This document shows, piece after piece, positions 17,135-29,880 of a DNA stretch of 64,000 nucleotides (the first letter of the stretch is position 1; every line of letters starts with the position of its first letter). The notes under the pieces were generated by a model. It searched no databases. It was not told the DNA's origin and saw only the letters and a program-made list of their open reading frames with translations. Source of the DNA: the human T2T-CHM13v2.0 reference genome, Homo sapiens; assembly GCF_009914755.1 (NCBI RefSeq), contig NC_060927.1, one strand, 5' to 3'. The translations under genes and the position numbers were made by a program.

Positions 17135-17390
17135 AAGAGTGTAGGGTTTAAGGGCTTGATTCTGGAATCAGACAGCTTGGGGTTAGCTAGCATGCTGGCT
17201 TCATCACGGACTTGCTATAAGACCTTGGACAAACTTCTGGACTCTCTGAGCCTAGTTTCCTCCATCTGCAGAGTAGGGATAATACTTGATTTGCAGAATG
17301 GCTGCAAAAATCTAATAAGATAATATGACAAAGTAAACAAGCATAGTACTTGGCCCATGGTAAGCAGGTGATAAATATTTCCTACCATTG
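17135..17390 (+). mobile_element. MIR SINE
   Basis: gaccttggacaaacttctggactctctgagcctagtttcctccatctg. Confidence 0.75.
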
Positions 17391-17889
17391 TTCTTATTAA
17401 CAGAGAATGCCCCAAATTTAGTGAGTCAGAGGCCTTGGAATAAGTATGTACTGTTATATTCTATGACTGTGTTCCCACCAATATTGTAATCTGATATTAA
17501 TTTCCTAACTATTATGTTTCTGTCTTTCTTCTTCCTAGTTCTTTCTTGATTTGTCACCACATCAATCAACTAGGAAAAGAAATGACGCTCTTGCCCTTAT
17601 GAGGCCTTTCATAGCTTTTATCTTCATCTTTGGTAAGAAAGAAGCTACTAGACAATTGCTAGAAGGGATGGTCAGAGCAGCCCTCTGCATAGACGCGAGT
17701 CTGACGAGTGCTAGGCCCTTTGTCCTTCAAACCTGGCAGAATGTAGGAGCTGTAACTTCCACATTTTGTTACCTGCAGTTAATTGCATTTAATTGAAGTG
17801 GGGTAAGTTGAATGTGATGGCAGAATTCCTCCCCATGTGGTCCAGTTTGGAAGTGCTCACTACTTGCAGATCCCCCCTTCATCAAGTTC

Positions 17890-18520
17890 AGGAAGGGGAT
17901 TCACTTACTAAAACAGTTTCCTAACTGGTCTCCTGTTTCTCTCCTTGACCCATCTGGTCTATTCGCAAGCCAGCAACTGAAGTGACCCCTTCAGTATGTG
18001 GGTCAGATCCCATCCCCCTCACTCCATGTTCAAAACCCTCCATGGCTCTCCCACCTAATGCAGAGTAAAAGCCGAGGTCTTTCCAATGGCCTGCAAAGCC
18101 CTGAATGATCTGGATCCAGGTTGCAGACTGTTAACTTCTCAGAAAGACAGCAAGGGAGCTCTCTGGGTTCTTTTTATGAGGGCACTAATCCCATTTATAA
18201 GGGCTCCACCCTCATCACCTGATCACCTGCCAAAGGCCTCACCTCCTAATACCATCACATTGAAAGTTAGGATTTCAATATATGAATTTTGGGGGCACAC
18301 AAATGTTTAGTCCATAACACATTGCAACCCTTACCTGCATTCCCAATTAGTACTCCACCAGGTACTTACTAGCTTCCAGCATCCTCTGTAATTGTCTTAT
18401 TTATTATGTTTATTGTTTGTAGTCTACAGCAAGAATGTAAGCTGCATTAAAATAAGTACTTTCATAAATTTTGTTCACTGTTATATCCTGAGTGCTTGGA
18501 AGAGTGCCTTGTGCCTAGCC
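17890..18520 (+). mobile_element. L2 3' fragment interrupted by a MaLR (MLT1/MST-like) LTR piece at ~18120-18320
   Basis: L2: aaaaccctccatggctctccc...aaagccctgaatgatctgg and ttttgttcactgttatatcc. MaLR end: ctaataccatcacattg...tatgaattttggggg...tagtccataaca. Confidence 0.7.
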
Positions 18521-18521
18521 A

Positions 18522-18660
18522 GTATATATATGTATCTATACTAGCCATGTATATATATGATGATATGATAATATATACATATACATATGTATGTACACAC
18601 AGACAAATAAATGAATATATGGAGATATATATGTTCGTGTATATATATATATATATATGG
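18522..18660. repeat. (TA)n-rich low-complexity tract
   Basis: Degenerate tatatg/ta repeats seen directly. Confidence 0.85.
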
Positions 18661-19399
18661 AAGAATGAATGAATGACTGGGGAGTAAATAAATGAACACA
18701 TACACATCAGGCTTTTGGTTCCCAGCAACAACAGCCATCTCCATGAGAAGAGCAATTGGCCAGGGTGAGAACTAGTGGGAAGTGACTCATTTCCAGAGTA
18801 CAATACCTCCCATTAACACCATGCAGATGCCAGCAGGTGTGCTGCTTTCTCCAAGTACCTATCTGAAAATGGACTGAAGATTTTGCTCAGTTTTTAACAA
18901 AAACTTCCAGGGGGCTTTCACAGAACTTCCAACCAAGCTAAAGTGTTATGTTTTAGGATGTCTGCAATCTGGTCCTGCATCATCCACTAATGAGTTTTGA
19001 GGCCCGGGGAAAGTCAATTAACTTCACTGGACCCAGCAAAGTTTATCATGACTAATTCTTCTTCCAACTTAAAACATCTCAGGATCTGCAAAAGGGCGAA
19101 AAAGAGTCAAGCCCTATTAACCACCCCTCTCCTTCCCTCAACCAACGATTCGTAAATAAACACCCCAATTACCCCAATTTTAATAATTCAACTTAACATG
19201 AAAACCAACTTTTCTATCTGGCCCATCTCACAAAATGAATGAAATTAATAGCTAGGTGTGGCTCATCTAGAAATAGCTGTTCTAGCTCAGGTGATATGCT
19301 GGGAGATGGTTATAAATCTACATTAATGCTTTTTTTTTTTAAATTGAGAACCATAGCCCTGACCAAAGAAAACACCTTTCTACAGACAACTATAAAATA

Positions 19400-19640
19400 G
19401 CTATCATTCCTTGGCTATTCTAAATATTGCTGCAATGAACACAGGAGCTCAGATGCCTCTTTGAGATACTGATTTTATTTCCTTTGGATATATATCCAGA
19501 GGTGGGGCTTCTGGATCATAAGGTAGTTCTATTTCCAATTTTTTCAGAAACCTCTGTAGTATTTTCCACATGGCTGTACCAATTTACATTTCCACCAACA
19601 GCATACAAGGGTTCCCTTCTCTCTACATCCTCACCAACAA
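19400..19640 (-). mobile_element. L1 fragment
   Basis: ttttatttcctttggatatatatccagaggtggg...ccaatttacatttccaccaacag. Confidence 0.8.
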
Positions 19641-19649
19641 TATACAAAT

Positions 19650-19803
19650 TCTTTTTCTTTTTTTTTAAATTTTAATTTTTTTGGTAGAGATGAGGCCTCA
19701 CTATGTTACCCACGCTGGTCTCAGACTCTTGGGCTCAAGCAACCCTCCCAGCCTTGGTCTCCAAAAGTACTGGGATAATAGACATGAGCCACCATGCCCA
19801 GCC
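19650..19803 (-). mobile_element. Free left Alu monomer (FLAM-like)
   Basis: Single-arm Alu in reverse with a T-rich tail. caatataca flanks both sides as a putative TSD. Confidence 0.8.
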
Positions 19804-20352
19804 AATATACAGTTTTTATTTGTTGATTATATCTTAATACAACTGGGAGAAAAAAAGTCAGGATACCCGTTTTCCTTGAGGTGGCAGTGATTGAGAGGGA
19901 GAGCAAGGGGGACTTCCAGGGTGCTGATAATGAGCTGGAGGATAATAGCTATCATTCTCTACGTGTCATCTGCTGCAGCTTCTGGCAATTCAGAGTCACT
20001 GCTAAAATGCTAAATTGTTGACAATGTAGAAGTCCTTTGGAAACACAAAGATATGTTAACTCATGCCACCCCATCATATCCTGTTGAATCTGCAGGCCTC
20101 AGGGAATCTGAGCTCTCAAAAGTACCTGTTGCAACCAGGTTTTGTTCTAACAATATAATTTTCATTCATAAACCAATGATTTTGTCAGCATATTACCCAG
20201 TGCCTTCCAAATGCTGCAGAGGGAAGCAAAAGACACAATCCTTGCCCTCAGAGAGCAGACAGTCTTTTATGAGGAGCAAGAACAGCCCGGTGGTAGCAAT
20301 AACAAAAGCAGCAGCAGAAAGGGTTCAGATGCTGAACTTAAGAGAAATTTCA

Positions 20353-20633
20353 GGCCAGGTGCAGTGGCTTGCACCTGTAATCCCAGTACTTTGGGAGGCC
20401 AAGGCAGGAGAATTGCTTGAGACTGGGAGTTTGAGACCAGCCTAGGCAAGAAAGTGAGACAAAAAAATAAATAAATTAGCTGGGCATAGTGGCGTGCTCT
20501 TGCAGTCAGAGCTACTCAGAAGGCTGAGGCAGCAGGATCGCTTGAGCTATGGTATTTACGGCTACAGTGAGCTATCACGGTGCCACCGCACTCCAGCCTG
20601 GAGGACAGAGCAAGACCCTGTCTCTAAAAAAAA
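20353..20633 (+). mobile_element. AluJ-like SINE
   Basis: Diverged dimer (ggatcgcttgagc, gctacagtgagctat, gcaagaccctgtctct). Confidence 0.88.
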
Positions 20634-20849
20634 TGTACTGAAGAGAAAGATTAGAGAAAAAAAAAGCAGATGTAAAAAAGAAAAATGCTTTTAAAATGAA
20701 ATTACTGAAATTACTACCTCAAATATTTTCAACACAATTAGTATACATTATATCAGATATCCCCACCAAGTTACTACGTATTTTTTCCACAAAAATGAAA
20801 ACATACTATATCTAATTATAACCTCTTCAACAGGCTTTACAAAGTCCTA

Positions 20850-21166
20850 TTTTATTTTTGTGTGTATGTGTGTGTGTGTGAGACAGAGTCTCACTCTGTC
20901 ACACAGGCTGGCGTGCAGTGACACTATCTCGGCTTACTGCAACCTCCGCCTCCCAAGTTCAAGCAATTCTCCTGCCTCAGCCTCTGGAGTAGCTGGAATT
21001 ACAGGCAGCCACCACCATGCCCACCTAATTTTTTTGTATTTTTAATAGAGATAGGGTTTCACCATGTTGGTCAGGCTGGTCTCAAACTCCTGACCTCAAG
21101 TGATCCACCCACCTCAGCCTCCCAAAGTGCTGGGATTACAGGCGTGAGCCACCCTCGCACCCAGCC
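20850..21166 (-). mobile_element. AluS-like SINE with (GT)n-converted tail
   Basis: Full dimer in reverse; tail gtgtgtatgtgtgtgtgtgtg. Confidence 0.92.
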
Positions 21167-21366
21167 CCTACTAAAATTGTTAATGCTTATCCATTTATAA
21201 ATGCAGAGCTACATCATTTTAAATGTCTGCAATGTCCCGTAAGTGACTCCCTATTGGTTAACTTCTACATACATCCTTATGTAGTTACCTAAATAAGTGA
21301 CCTGATTTAGGACATATTCCTGCCTGTGAAAATAGGGAGTCAAAAGTAAGGTGTTTGCTTTGGAAG

Positions 21367-21368
<2 letters not shown>

Positions 21369-21402
<34 letters not shown>
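21369..21402. repeat. (GT)17 microsatellite
   Basis: Perfect dinucleotide run. Confidence 0.95.
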
Positions 21403-21405
<3 letters not shown>

Positions 21406-23330
21406 CCAACTGCCCTTAAGTTGGACCAGTGTTCATTCCATGAGCAGTGGGTATGAGTGTCCATTCTAGACATTATAATTAAAAAAAAATCTTTGACAGC
21501 CTACTAGGCAAGAAATGGTATCTATTTTTTTCTTGTGGATTTCTATTGTTAGTAAGAATAGGCTTTTAATACAACTTTACTGATAATTGATATTGCTTAC
21601 TTTTTTGGTTGTAACCATTTCCTTAACTCAATCTTGCTATTAGTAATTTCATGTTTTTCCTATTGATTTATAAAAATGCTTCATCTCTGAAGGCTGCTAA
21701 ATTCTTTGCTCATTATATTATAAAATGAATATTTTTACTTAGTTATTTGCATTTTTACTTTATGTTTTTTGTTAAGAAGACATTTAAAACATGTATATAG
21801 TCAAGTCCATCAAAATTATATTTTATGGTGTATCCCTTTGTTGTCATATATCTCTCTTTAGGATTATCCAGTCATATTTATTTTCTCCCACTACTTTTAT
21901 ATGTTGAATCTTCATATTTACATCTATTATACATTTAGAGGCCACAATTAAAACCTACTGTAACTTTTTTAGAATTATATAAACTATATAAAATGTGTTT
22001 ACCCCCAAATAATTTTTCTTTTAAATTTGGAGATGAGCCTTATGGAAAAAAAAAATCCCAATGGTTCTTTTCATTTCCAAAGATTGAGTACTCATATTAA
22101 ATGACATGAAAATCTTGTTAGTTTTATGAGCTAACATTTTTATATCTTTTTTGGTCACTGATTGCATTCACTGTCTATATTCTGTCTTCCCCACTGGATT
22201 GGAAATGTCTGATGCATTAAAATAGTTACTTCTGCCCGAGGCTGAGTACTTTGGGAATTCTCCATGAAATAGCCATTACTGGATCCACACAGCTCAGCAC
22301 AGTATTTGGCATATAGTAGGCTCTTGCTAATTCAGTAAATTTTGTGTGTTAGGCACATACAAAACCTCTGGAAAATGAGCAAGACAGTAAGAGGTTAAAA
22401 AGGTATTTTTAGAAGCATTAATATAACAACGACATGTGGGATGAACAGAAATTGAGAGAGAGGAAGCGGGGAAGGAGGGACGGAAGGACAGAAGGTAGAG
22501 GGAAGAAGAAAGAGTGAAAGAAAAGTAGATCAACACATAGGAGGCCATTGTAAAGTCCAGGCTTCCACTGAATGGGCCCATACTAGGGAGGTAATTATAA
22601 AATTGGCAAGGGAAGGCCAAACCAATACAGCATTATAATCTTGCTGAAGGACTAAGTGAATAAAAGTTCCAAGGACAGAAACCAGGAAGGCTCCGCACAG
22701 CAGCAACAGGCTTTGGTATCAAACACAGTAAACTCATTGGTGGGACAGCCAATTAGAGCTGCCTCTTAGACTGTCAAAGATAAAGGACTGTGGCACATAC
22801 CTAAGTGGACTAGGGGAAACATGAAAGGAAAACAACCTTTGCAGAGTCCCTACTTGGTACCAGACACTGTATTAGGTATTTTACTTACAGAGTTAAAGTT
22901 TATGTTTCAGTCGCCCACTCATCAGCGATAGACAGAGAATCGCATAGAGCTTGGTTAGATCCTAGATCCATCCCTGCTAGCTATGTAGACTTTGGAACAG
23001 TTTATTCATTTTTTCTGTAAACCTTAGTTGCATCATTCAAGAAATTAGGGAAAGAATAATACCTAACTCAAAGAAGCAAAATAAATGATACAATTCATAA
23101 AATGTAAATACCAAGGCACCTAAAATAAAACACAATAAAAGGTTGTCAATTAGTGAAAAAAAAAAAAAAAAAACAGAGAACTTAACAATTGGCTTTGGGG
23201 ATGGTCCATATTAAGGGATAGAAGGAACATTTAGAGATCCTGAAAAGACAGATATTCAAGGAAATGGGAGAAAACCCTGAAAACAATATGTTACGGACAT
23301 CATGGGGGCTAATGGTTAAAGAAGGAGTTA

Positions 23331-23573
<243 letters not shown>

Positions 23574-26500
23574 TCATGAAAATCTATGGTTGTTAGTAGG
23601 ATTCTGTTCTTCAACACCATCTAAATTTTTTCTTGTTTTTTCTTCCTTGTTGACAAATGAGCATAATTATTACATATGAGGGCAAAGAACAATTCTAAAA
23701 CATAATACATTGGCTGTCCAAGAGACTCTTCTTTTTGTACAGCAAACTGGCATAGCACAATCTCTTGGAAAACAAAACAAAAACATCCAAAACAATCCCT
23801 CATCTCTTCACCTAGAAGAGATCAAGGTAGAAAGACTATCGAGAGAAAATTCACTGTAGGCCTCTGGGAACTACATCCATCAAGTAGCTATTACTGATTC
23901 TATCTGGTATAAGAAAGATTGAGGAAAATGAAAGATATTAAAACCGTGGGCGCTCAGATTTAAATTTTGTTAGGTTCATTTTCTTTGAAGGCTCCTTTCA
24001 TTGAAGTACCTGACTGAAGATGATGAAAGTCAGATGGGAAAAGGAGCAAAGGTAAGTTCTCTAGATCTAAGGAAGTTCACAAAGCAGGAGTACCCACCTC
24101 ACCTTCAGGAAACTCACCTTAGAAAGAAAGGGGGAAATGTGGTGGTACTGAGGATGTAAAAAGAGACAACTCTCTTACAGAGTTAGTTTCTTAATATTCA
24201 GGTTTCATTCACTATGAATTTTGATTTGGAGTCCACCAACCTGGACCCTTTTCAGAGGTCCTGGCAGTGCTGGTGGAGATGGTGACCTCCCATAATTTTA
24301 TTTTCTTGATGTGTATACACATTGGTTGGACTGCAGAAGAGTGTTTTATTGTTGAGGTTGGGGGAGAAAGTTTCTACCTCAGGATAATTTTTTAGGTGCA
24401 GCAGTAAGCTATGACTGTCCCTGAGTGCAAGATGTGACATTATCATGACCTGAAAAACTACCCATGGTGTCCCCTGTCTGTACCCTCCTCCACTCCGGCT
24501 GCACTGCCTCCTTCCAGTGTCTCTGCATTACTGGGACTTCCTGCAGTCTCTCGTGTGCTGTCTTCTTTCCCCCACCTCTTCTTCACATAAGCTCTACTCA
24601 CCATTCCTGATTGAGTTTAATCGACATTCACCAGGGATCTCTTCCTTAATTCTCTCAGGCAATGTCAAGTCCCCCCACTGCATCTGGTCATAGCCCCTAC
24701 ACTCCTTCACATACCTGCTGTATTTGTTGACATTGGTATGGAGGTATGTCCCATTACTCGACTCTCTTCTCCCTATATTGTAAGCTCTCCTCTCCAGATC
24801 TTCAGATCTCAGTTCTACAGTTCCTTCCCCAGCAAAGCTCCCTGATCTGCCCAGTTTGGTTCTAGCCCCGTGAATCATCATGTATCTTTTCCTTTGTAGC
24901 ACCTATCAGAATTGCCACCCACATTTATCATTTGATTAAGGTCTCCTCTCCTTATCAGTCGGTAAGAACCGTAAACTCAGGAATCCTCCCTGTTTTGTTC
25001 TCTACAACATCCCTAGCACCAAGCAGTGCCTGTGAATAAATGCAACTAAAAGAACAAATAACTACAAAGAGCCCAATGCCCAGAGCAGCATTAGTGATGT
25101 TAGAAGGAACAGGTAAGAATAGAGTGAGGAGAATAGTGAAGTGCTGACATTTGCTGACCATGCTTATTTACTAAAATAAGCTTTAGGAAAAAACAAAGGG
25201 GATTTGCAAACCTAGGAGAAGTAAAAGCATGTTACATATCACATGGCTTAACTAAGCTGAAGACTAGGTAATCTCAAAATAGAATATATGCTTGGGATGC
25301 TGAGCTAAGGAGAAGCATGTGGCCGAAACAGTGGGGAAGGGAGTCAAGGGGCGAGACAGGGGAAGGCACACTGCTGACCACCTATTCTTCTTAGCAGCCA
25401 TCAGAAACTCCCCACGCCTTCACTGCAGGTCGTGAAGAGAATGACCTTCGCCAGCCCTCAACTTGTTGAAGGGTCCCTACAGCGCACCTCCAATGTCTTA
25501 CTATGGTGCACATTGGCTATTTTTAAACTTGCTGTATGGGGCCAAATAATTGTGGACGAATGTAGGATGTGAGCGGATGTACTTTGGGGAAGCCTAAATA
25601 GAAAGGGAGAAAAACGACCTGAGGGTTTCTGTGGGCAGCACAGCATCGACAGCTGCTTCCATTAAAAAGGCAACTACGTGAGGTAATAAAAGACACGGAT
25701 CACTTTCCAACTGCAGCCTGTCAATCTTAGCATCAGTCATTCTTAGTGAGAAATCAGGCTGCTTCTACAAGTATTTACCGCTTGCCTCCTGGATTCTTAG
25801 CAGGATAGTGGGTGATGTGGGAAAGACAGGGGAGGGGGGGACTGCCTATAAAAAGCTCACCATGTCATTAAGAAAATAAGAGCTTATAAAACAGTTAAAT
25901 AACAACAGAAGGCACTATGTAATTAAATCCAAAATAAATAGTACTGGAGGTCAGAATAAAGTCAGTACATTCTCCATCATTTTGCAAAGGTAAACTGAGG
26001 CAATATGACAATAAGGACAGCATATGCATTGAGTCTGGGATCAGAAAGAAGAGGGTGGGCAGATGGGGTGCATGTTGAGTTTGGGTACCATTCCTTTCTG
26101 GCTGCAGAATCCCAAGAAAGTTGCCTATCTTTTTGGACCCTAAGTTTTCTCATTTATAATGAGATAAAGATATTATAAGTCCCAGCATTTTGTGGTACTT
26201 AGATAACGGATGTATGTTATAAAGTGTACTACAAAGTAAATGTTATTACTAATCTACATAACCAAAAAATAAATAAATAAAAGGGCAGGAAGGCCAAAAT
26301 GTAAATCACTTGAATTTTAGGTTTAAATTGCACTGTTTCCAAACACAGTTATGGAACCACTGTAAGACATGGTTAGGTAGTTCTAAAATATAAATCCTTG
26401 ATCTTACGCAACTTTTTAAGTCAGCATGCAATTTAGCAGGCCTTTGGGCCTACTGTTTATCCAGATTTTTAGTCTAGGGCACAGATGGCAGTAAGTTATT

Positions 26501-27249
26501 CAGTGAAATAGGAAGGAAGACCGTTACTAGATGAGACAAGAACTCATTTAACCATGTCACAAAGAGTTCAGCCTCTCACAATATGGCCCATCAAGGGAGA
26601 TGAGTTACAATGCTTTCCAAAAATGCAAAGAGAGCAAGGGAGGCTAGAATTAAACTAAAAAGTTATAAGTGAAAAAGTTATAGCCCCATGAATCATCATG
26701 TATCTTTTCCTTTGTAGCACCTATCAGAATTGCCACCCACAGTGGCAGAATTGCCACTGAATGTGGCAAAAAGTAGGAGACAATTTATCATAAAGGATCA
26801 CAGGCTACGAGAATTTGAATAGCCTCTATTTGTAAATTATTTTGTAAATGTACTATTTCCAAATCTTAAGTATTAAGCACAAGGATCAAGCCCTCTGATA
26901 AACTAATGACCACTGGGCAATAATGAAAAATAAAGTAGTGGTACCAAATTATCACACATTTAAAAGAGTAACTTCAATAAGCCAAGTCCGGTACTCTAGG
27001 AAGAAGGATTACTTAAATCAGATGACTTCCAAATCCAGTCATATTCATTATGTTAACCTCAGCCATGGCATTTAAACTCTCCAAATGTCAGTCATTTTCA
27101 GCTATAAATAGGAATAAGAATACCTATATAAGCTACTTCTCAGGGCTTAGAAATGATTAAGTGCTTATTTAAATGTAGCTTTAGTATTAATATAAAGAAG
27201 ATAATATTATTTCTCAAGATCACAGGATCTACTTATTGCTTAGTGTTTG

Positions 27250-27580
27250 TGGTAGACTGAAAAAGAAAATGGCCATGATATGTGTCCCACCTGCATCAAG
27301 AGGTGGAGTCCATTTCTCTTCTCCTTGAACCTGGGCTTAGCCACATGTCTTGCTTTGGTCAAGGGGACATTAGCAAATCGGATGAAGAAGCAGAGGCCCG
27401 AAAAGCACTTATGCCTTGAGACTGGCCCTCTCCTACTGCTTGCCAGAGAACCAACCCTTCAACCCCCATGTGAGAAACCGGGATTGACCTTCTAGAAGAT
27501 GAGAAATCATGGGAAGATAGGCAGTTTTCAAATGCAAGGAAATAGATAATTCCAGTTAATGCTTTTAAGCCACTGACCAC
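27250..27580 (+). mobile_element. MLT1-like MaLR LTR
   Basis: catcaagaggtggagtccatttctcttctccttgaacctgggc...ttgctttggtcaa...ttttaagccactga. Confidence 0.7.
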
Positions 27581-27639
27581 CTCTGATGGCAACATGATTG
27601 TCATCATGTGGTCATAAAACATAGCCAAAGCCAAAACCT

Positions 27640-27845
27640 CATGTAATGTTTACTGTGTACCAGGAGGTATGTATGAACTATCTTATTGAGCACTCAGAAC
27701 AGCTATGAAGCTGGATCCTATTTTACAAACGAGTAAAATGAGTCTCAGAGAAGTTAAGTAACTTTCCCAAGTTCACTCATACTTTAAATGTTAAACCTCA
27801 GATTCAAGACCAGATTTCTCTGACTCCAAAGCCAGTATTCTTAAT
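27640..27845 (-). mobile_element. MIR SINE
   Basis: cctattttacaaacgagtaaaatgagtctcagagaagttaagtaactttcccaag. Confidence 0.8.
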
Positions 27846-29330
27846 TCTTTACAGAAAACTACTAGTCAGATGAAGGGCAATTATCCATGGTGTCCAAAAC
27901 CAAAGTCGTTAATCGGAAGCGTTTAAGAGCATCTTAAGCCAGGGCAGAAGAGAACCCTGACTTTGGTCTTCCAATTAAAGGAGCTTGTTAGCATACAATA
28001 ATATTTGCTTATGATTGATTTCAAGGAATAAAGAAGGGATTTTAAGTTGCATATTTATTACACAGGGGAACACACTTTAAGTGCCTATGATATGCTAGCA
28101 TTTAAAAATGGAATAAAACATTTAATATTAGTTATATGCTCTGTAATAAAGTCTGCCCAACATTTAACTCTCAATCCGTGGCAGAGGAATGAAACTATGC
28201 AATTCCTACAGCAAGTCTAAGAGACTAGTCAGGAAGAAGTCTAGAGAGAAGTATAAGGTGTATAGATTCATAAATGCCACTATCCCATAGATGTGTGGAC
28301 ACTGGCTAGAACCATCTCTGCTCCCGCTCATCTGCACTGCTTTCACAGCAGCTGTTGCCATTAAGCAGGTGTTTGTGTTATCTGTCATTCTCACCTTCAG
28401 CATTGACTGAATGTGGCAAAAAGTAGGAGACACTTTATCATTAAAGGATCACAGGCTACGAGAATTTGAAGGGATCGTCACTATGATATAGAATGTGGTT
28501 TTTAAAAAGCTTCTGAAATAATTTGTAATAGTGAAATCCCTCCCTGCAATAGAAGTTTTTTTCAGGATGCAAATATATAGCTGACAAAAACTAAATTTTT
28601 AAAATCAGTAAACATTTATTTGTTTAAAGCAATATCTACTTATACAATTAGTCAATGACAAGAAGTTGTTCTAGTGAATACAAAATTAGAAAGAAATTTA
28701 AAGTTATACATCAACTCTAATATCTTATTAATTTTCATTTTTCTTTCAGTTCTATAGGATGGAGAAAAATCTGCATTTCCTAAGATAAATAGTTGAAATA
28801 GTTAAGAGCATGCCTTGAAATTTTAGTAGGATCTTCACAATCAATGCCATTCTGCACATGAATAGGGTAACCTAGCAGCACAAATTAACAGGCTGGCGTT
28901 TTCCAGTGTGTTCAAAGTTGGTGTATAACATACAGTTTGAGGTCTGCTTTTTAAATCACAGTTTATTATATGTTAAAATATATTTAAAATTAAATGAGAA
29001 TTAAACATGTAAATCACCTAAAATTATCTCAGGGTCAAGTTATGCAGCTTTGGGTCTGTTTCCTTAAATCGATTACATCTAACAGACTGTAATAAATTAG
29101 ATTGTAATAAATAATTACAATAGATTGTAATAAATAATTAGATGTAATAAATCTATTACATCAAATAGTTTTAAGGAAACAGACCCAGAGTCATCCAACG
29201 AGTTGTCTAAGTCCCTACCTCTTCATTTTAGCATTGATAGGACTTTGCCAGGACATTCTGCAGGCAGCACCTGGATTTGCTGTATATGTTAACTCTAAGT
29301 TAAATTAATTCATTCAAGAATGATTTACTC

Positions 29331-29880
29331 AACCCAGCAAACCCATTACTAGGTATATATCCAAAAGCAAACAAATCATTCTGCCAAAAAAATACTTGCA
29401 CTCACATGTTCACCGCAGCACTATTCACAATAGCAAAGACATGGAATCAACCTTGGTACCCATCAATGGTGGACTGGGTAAAGAAAATATGGTATGCATA
29501 CACCATGCAATACTATGCAGCCATAAAAATGAATGGAATCATGTCCTTTTCAGTAACATGGTTGAGCTAGAGGCTATTATCCTAAAGAAATTAATGCAAA
29601 AACAGGAAACAAAATCCTGCATGTTCTCACTTATGAATGGGTGCTAAGCATTGGGTACAGATGGACATAAAGATGAGAACAATAGACACTGGGACTACTA
29701 GACTGGGGAGAGAAGTGGACAAGAGTTAAAACTGACTGTTAGGTACTATGGTCAGTACCTGGGTGACAGAATCATTTGTCACAAACCTCAACATCACACA
29801 ACATACCCAAGCATCAAACCTGCACATGTACCTCCTGAGTCTAAAATAACAGTTGCAAAAAAAAAGTAAAGAAGAAAAAA
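29331..29880 (+). mobile_element. 5'-truncated L1 (L1PB/MA-like) inserted into an L2
   Basis: L1 3' end with A-rich tail. Approximate TSD aagaatgatttact / aagaattatttact. The host L2 (reverse) continues at ~29890-30300. Confidence 0.85.

Noticed and set aside
29069-29170. Short repeats with spacers resembling a CRISPR array
   Set aside because: The units are about 13 bp, irregular and lack unique ~30-bp spacers. The context is a primate intron with no cas genes.
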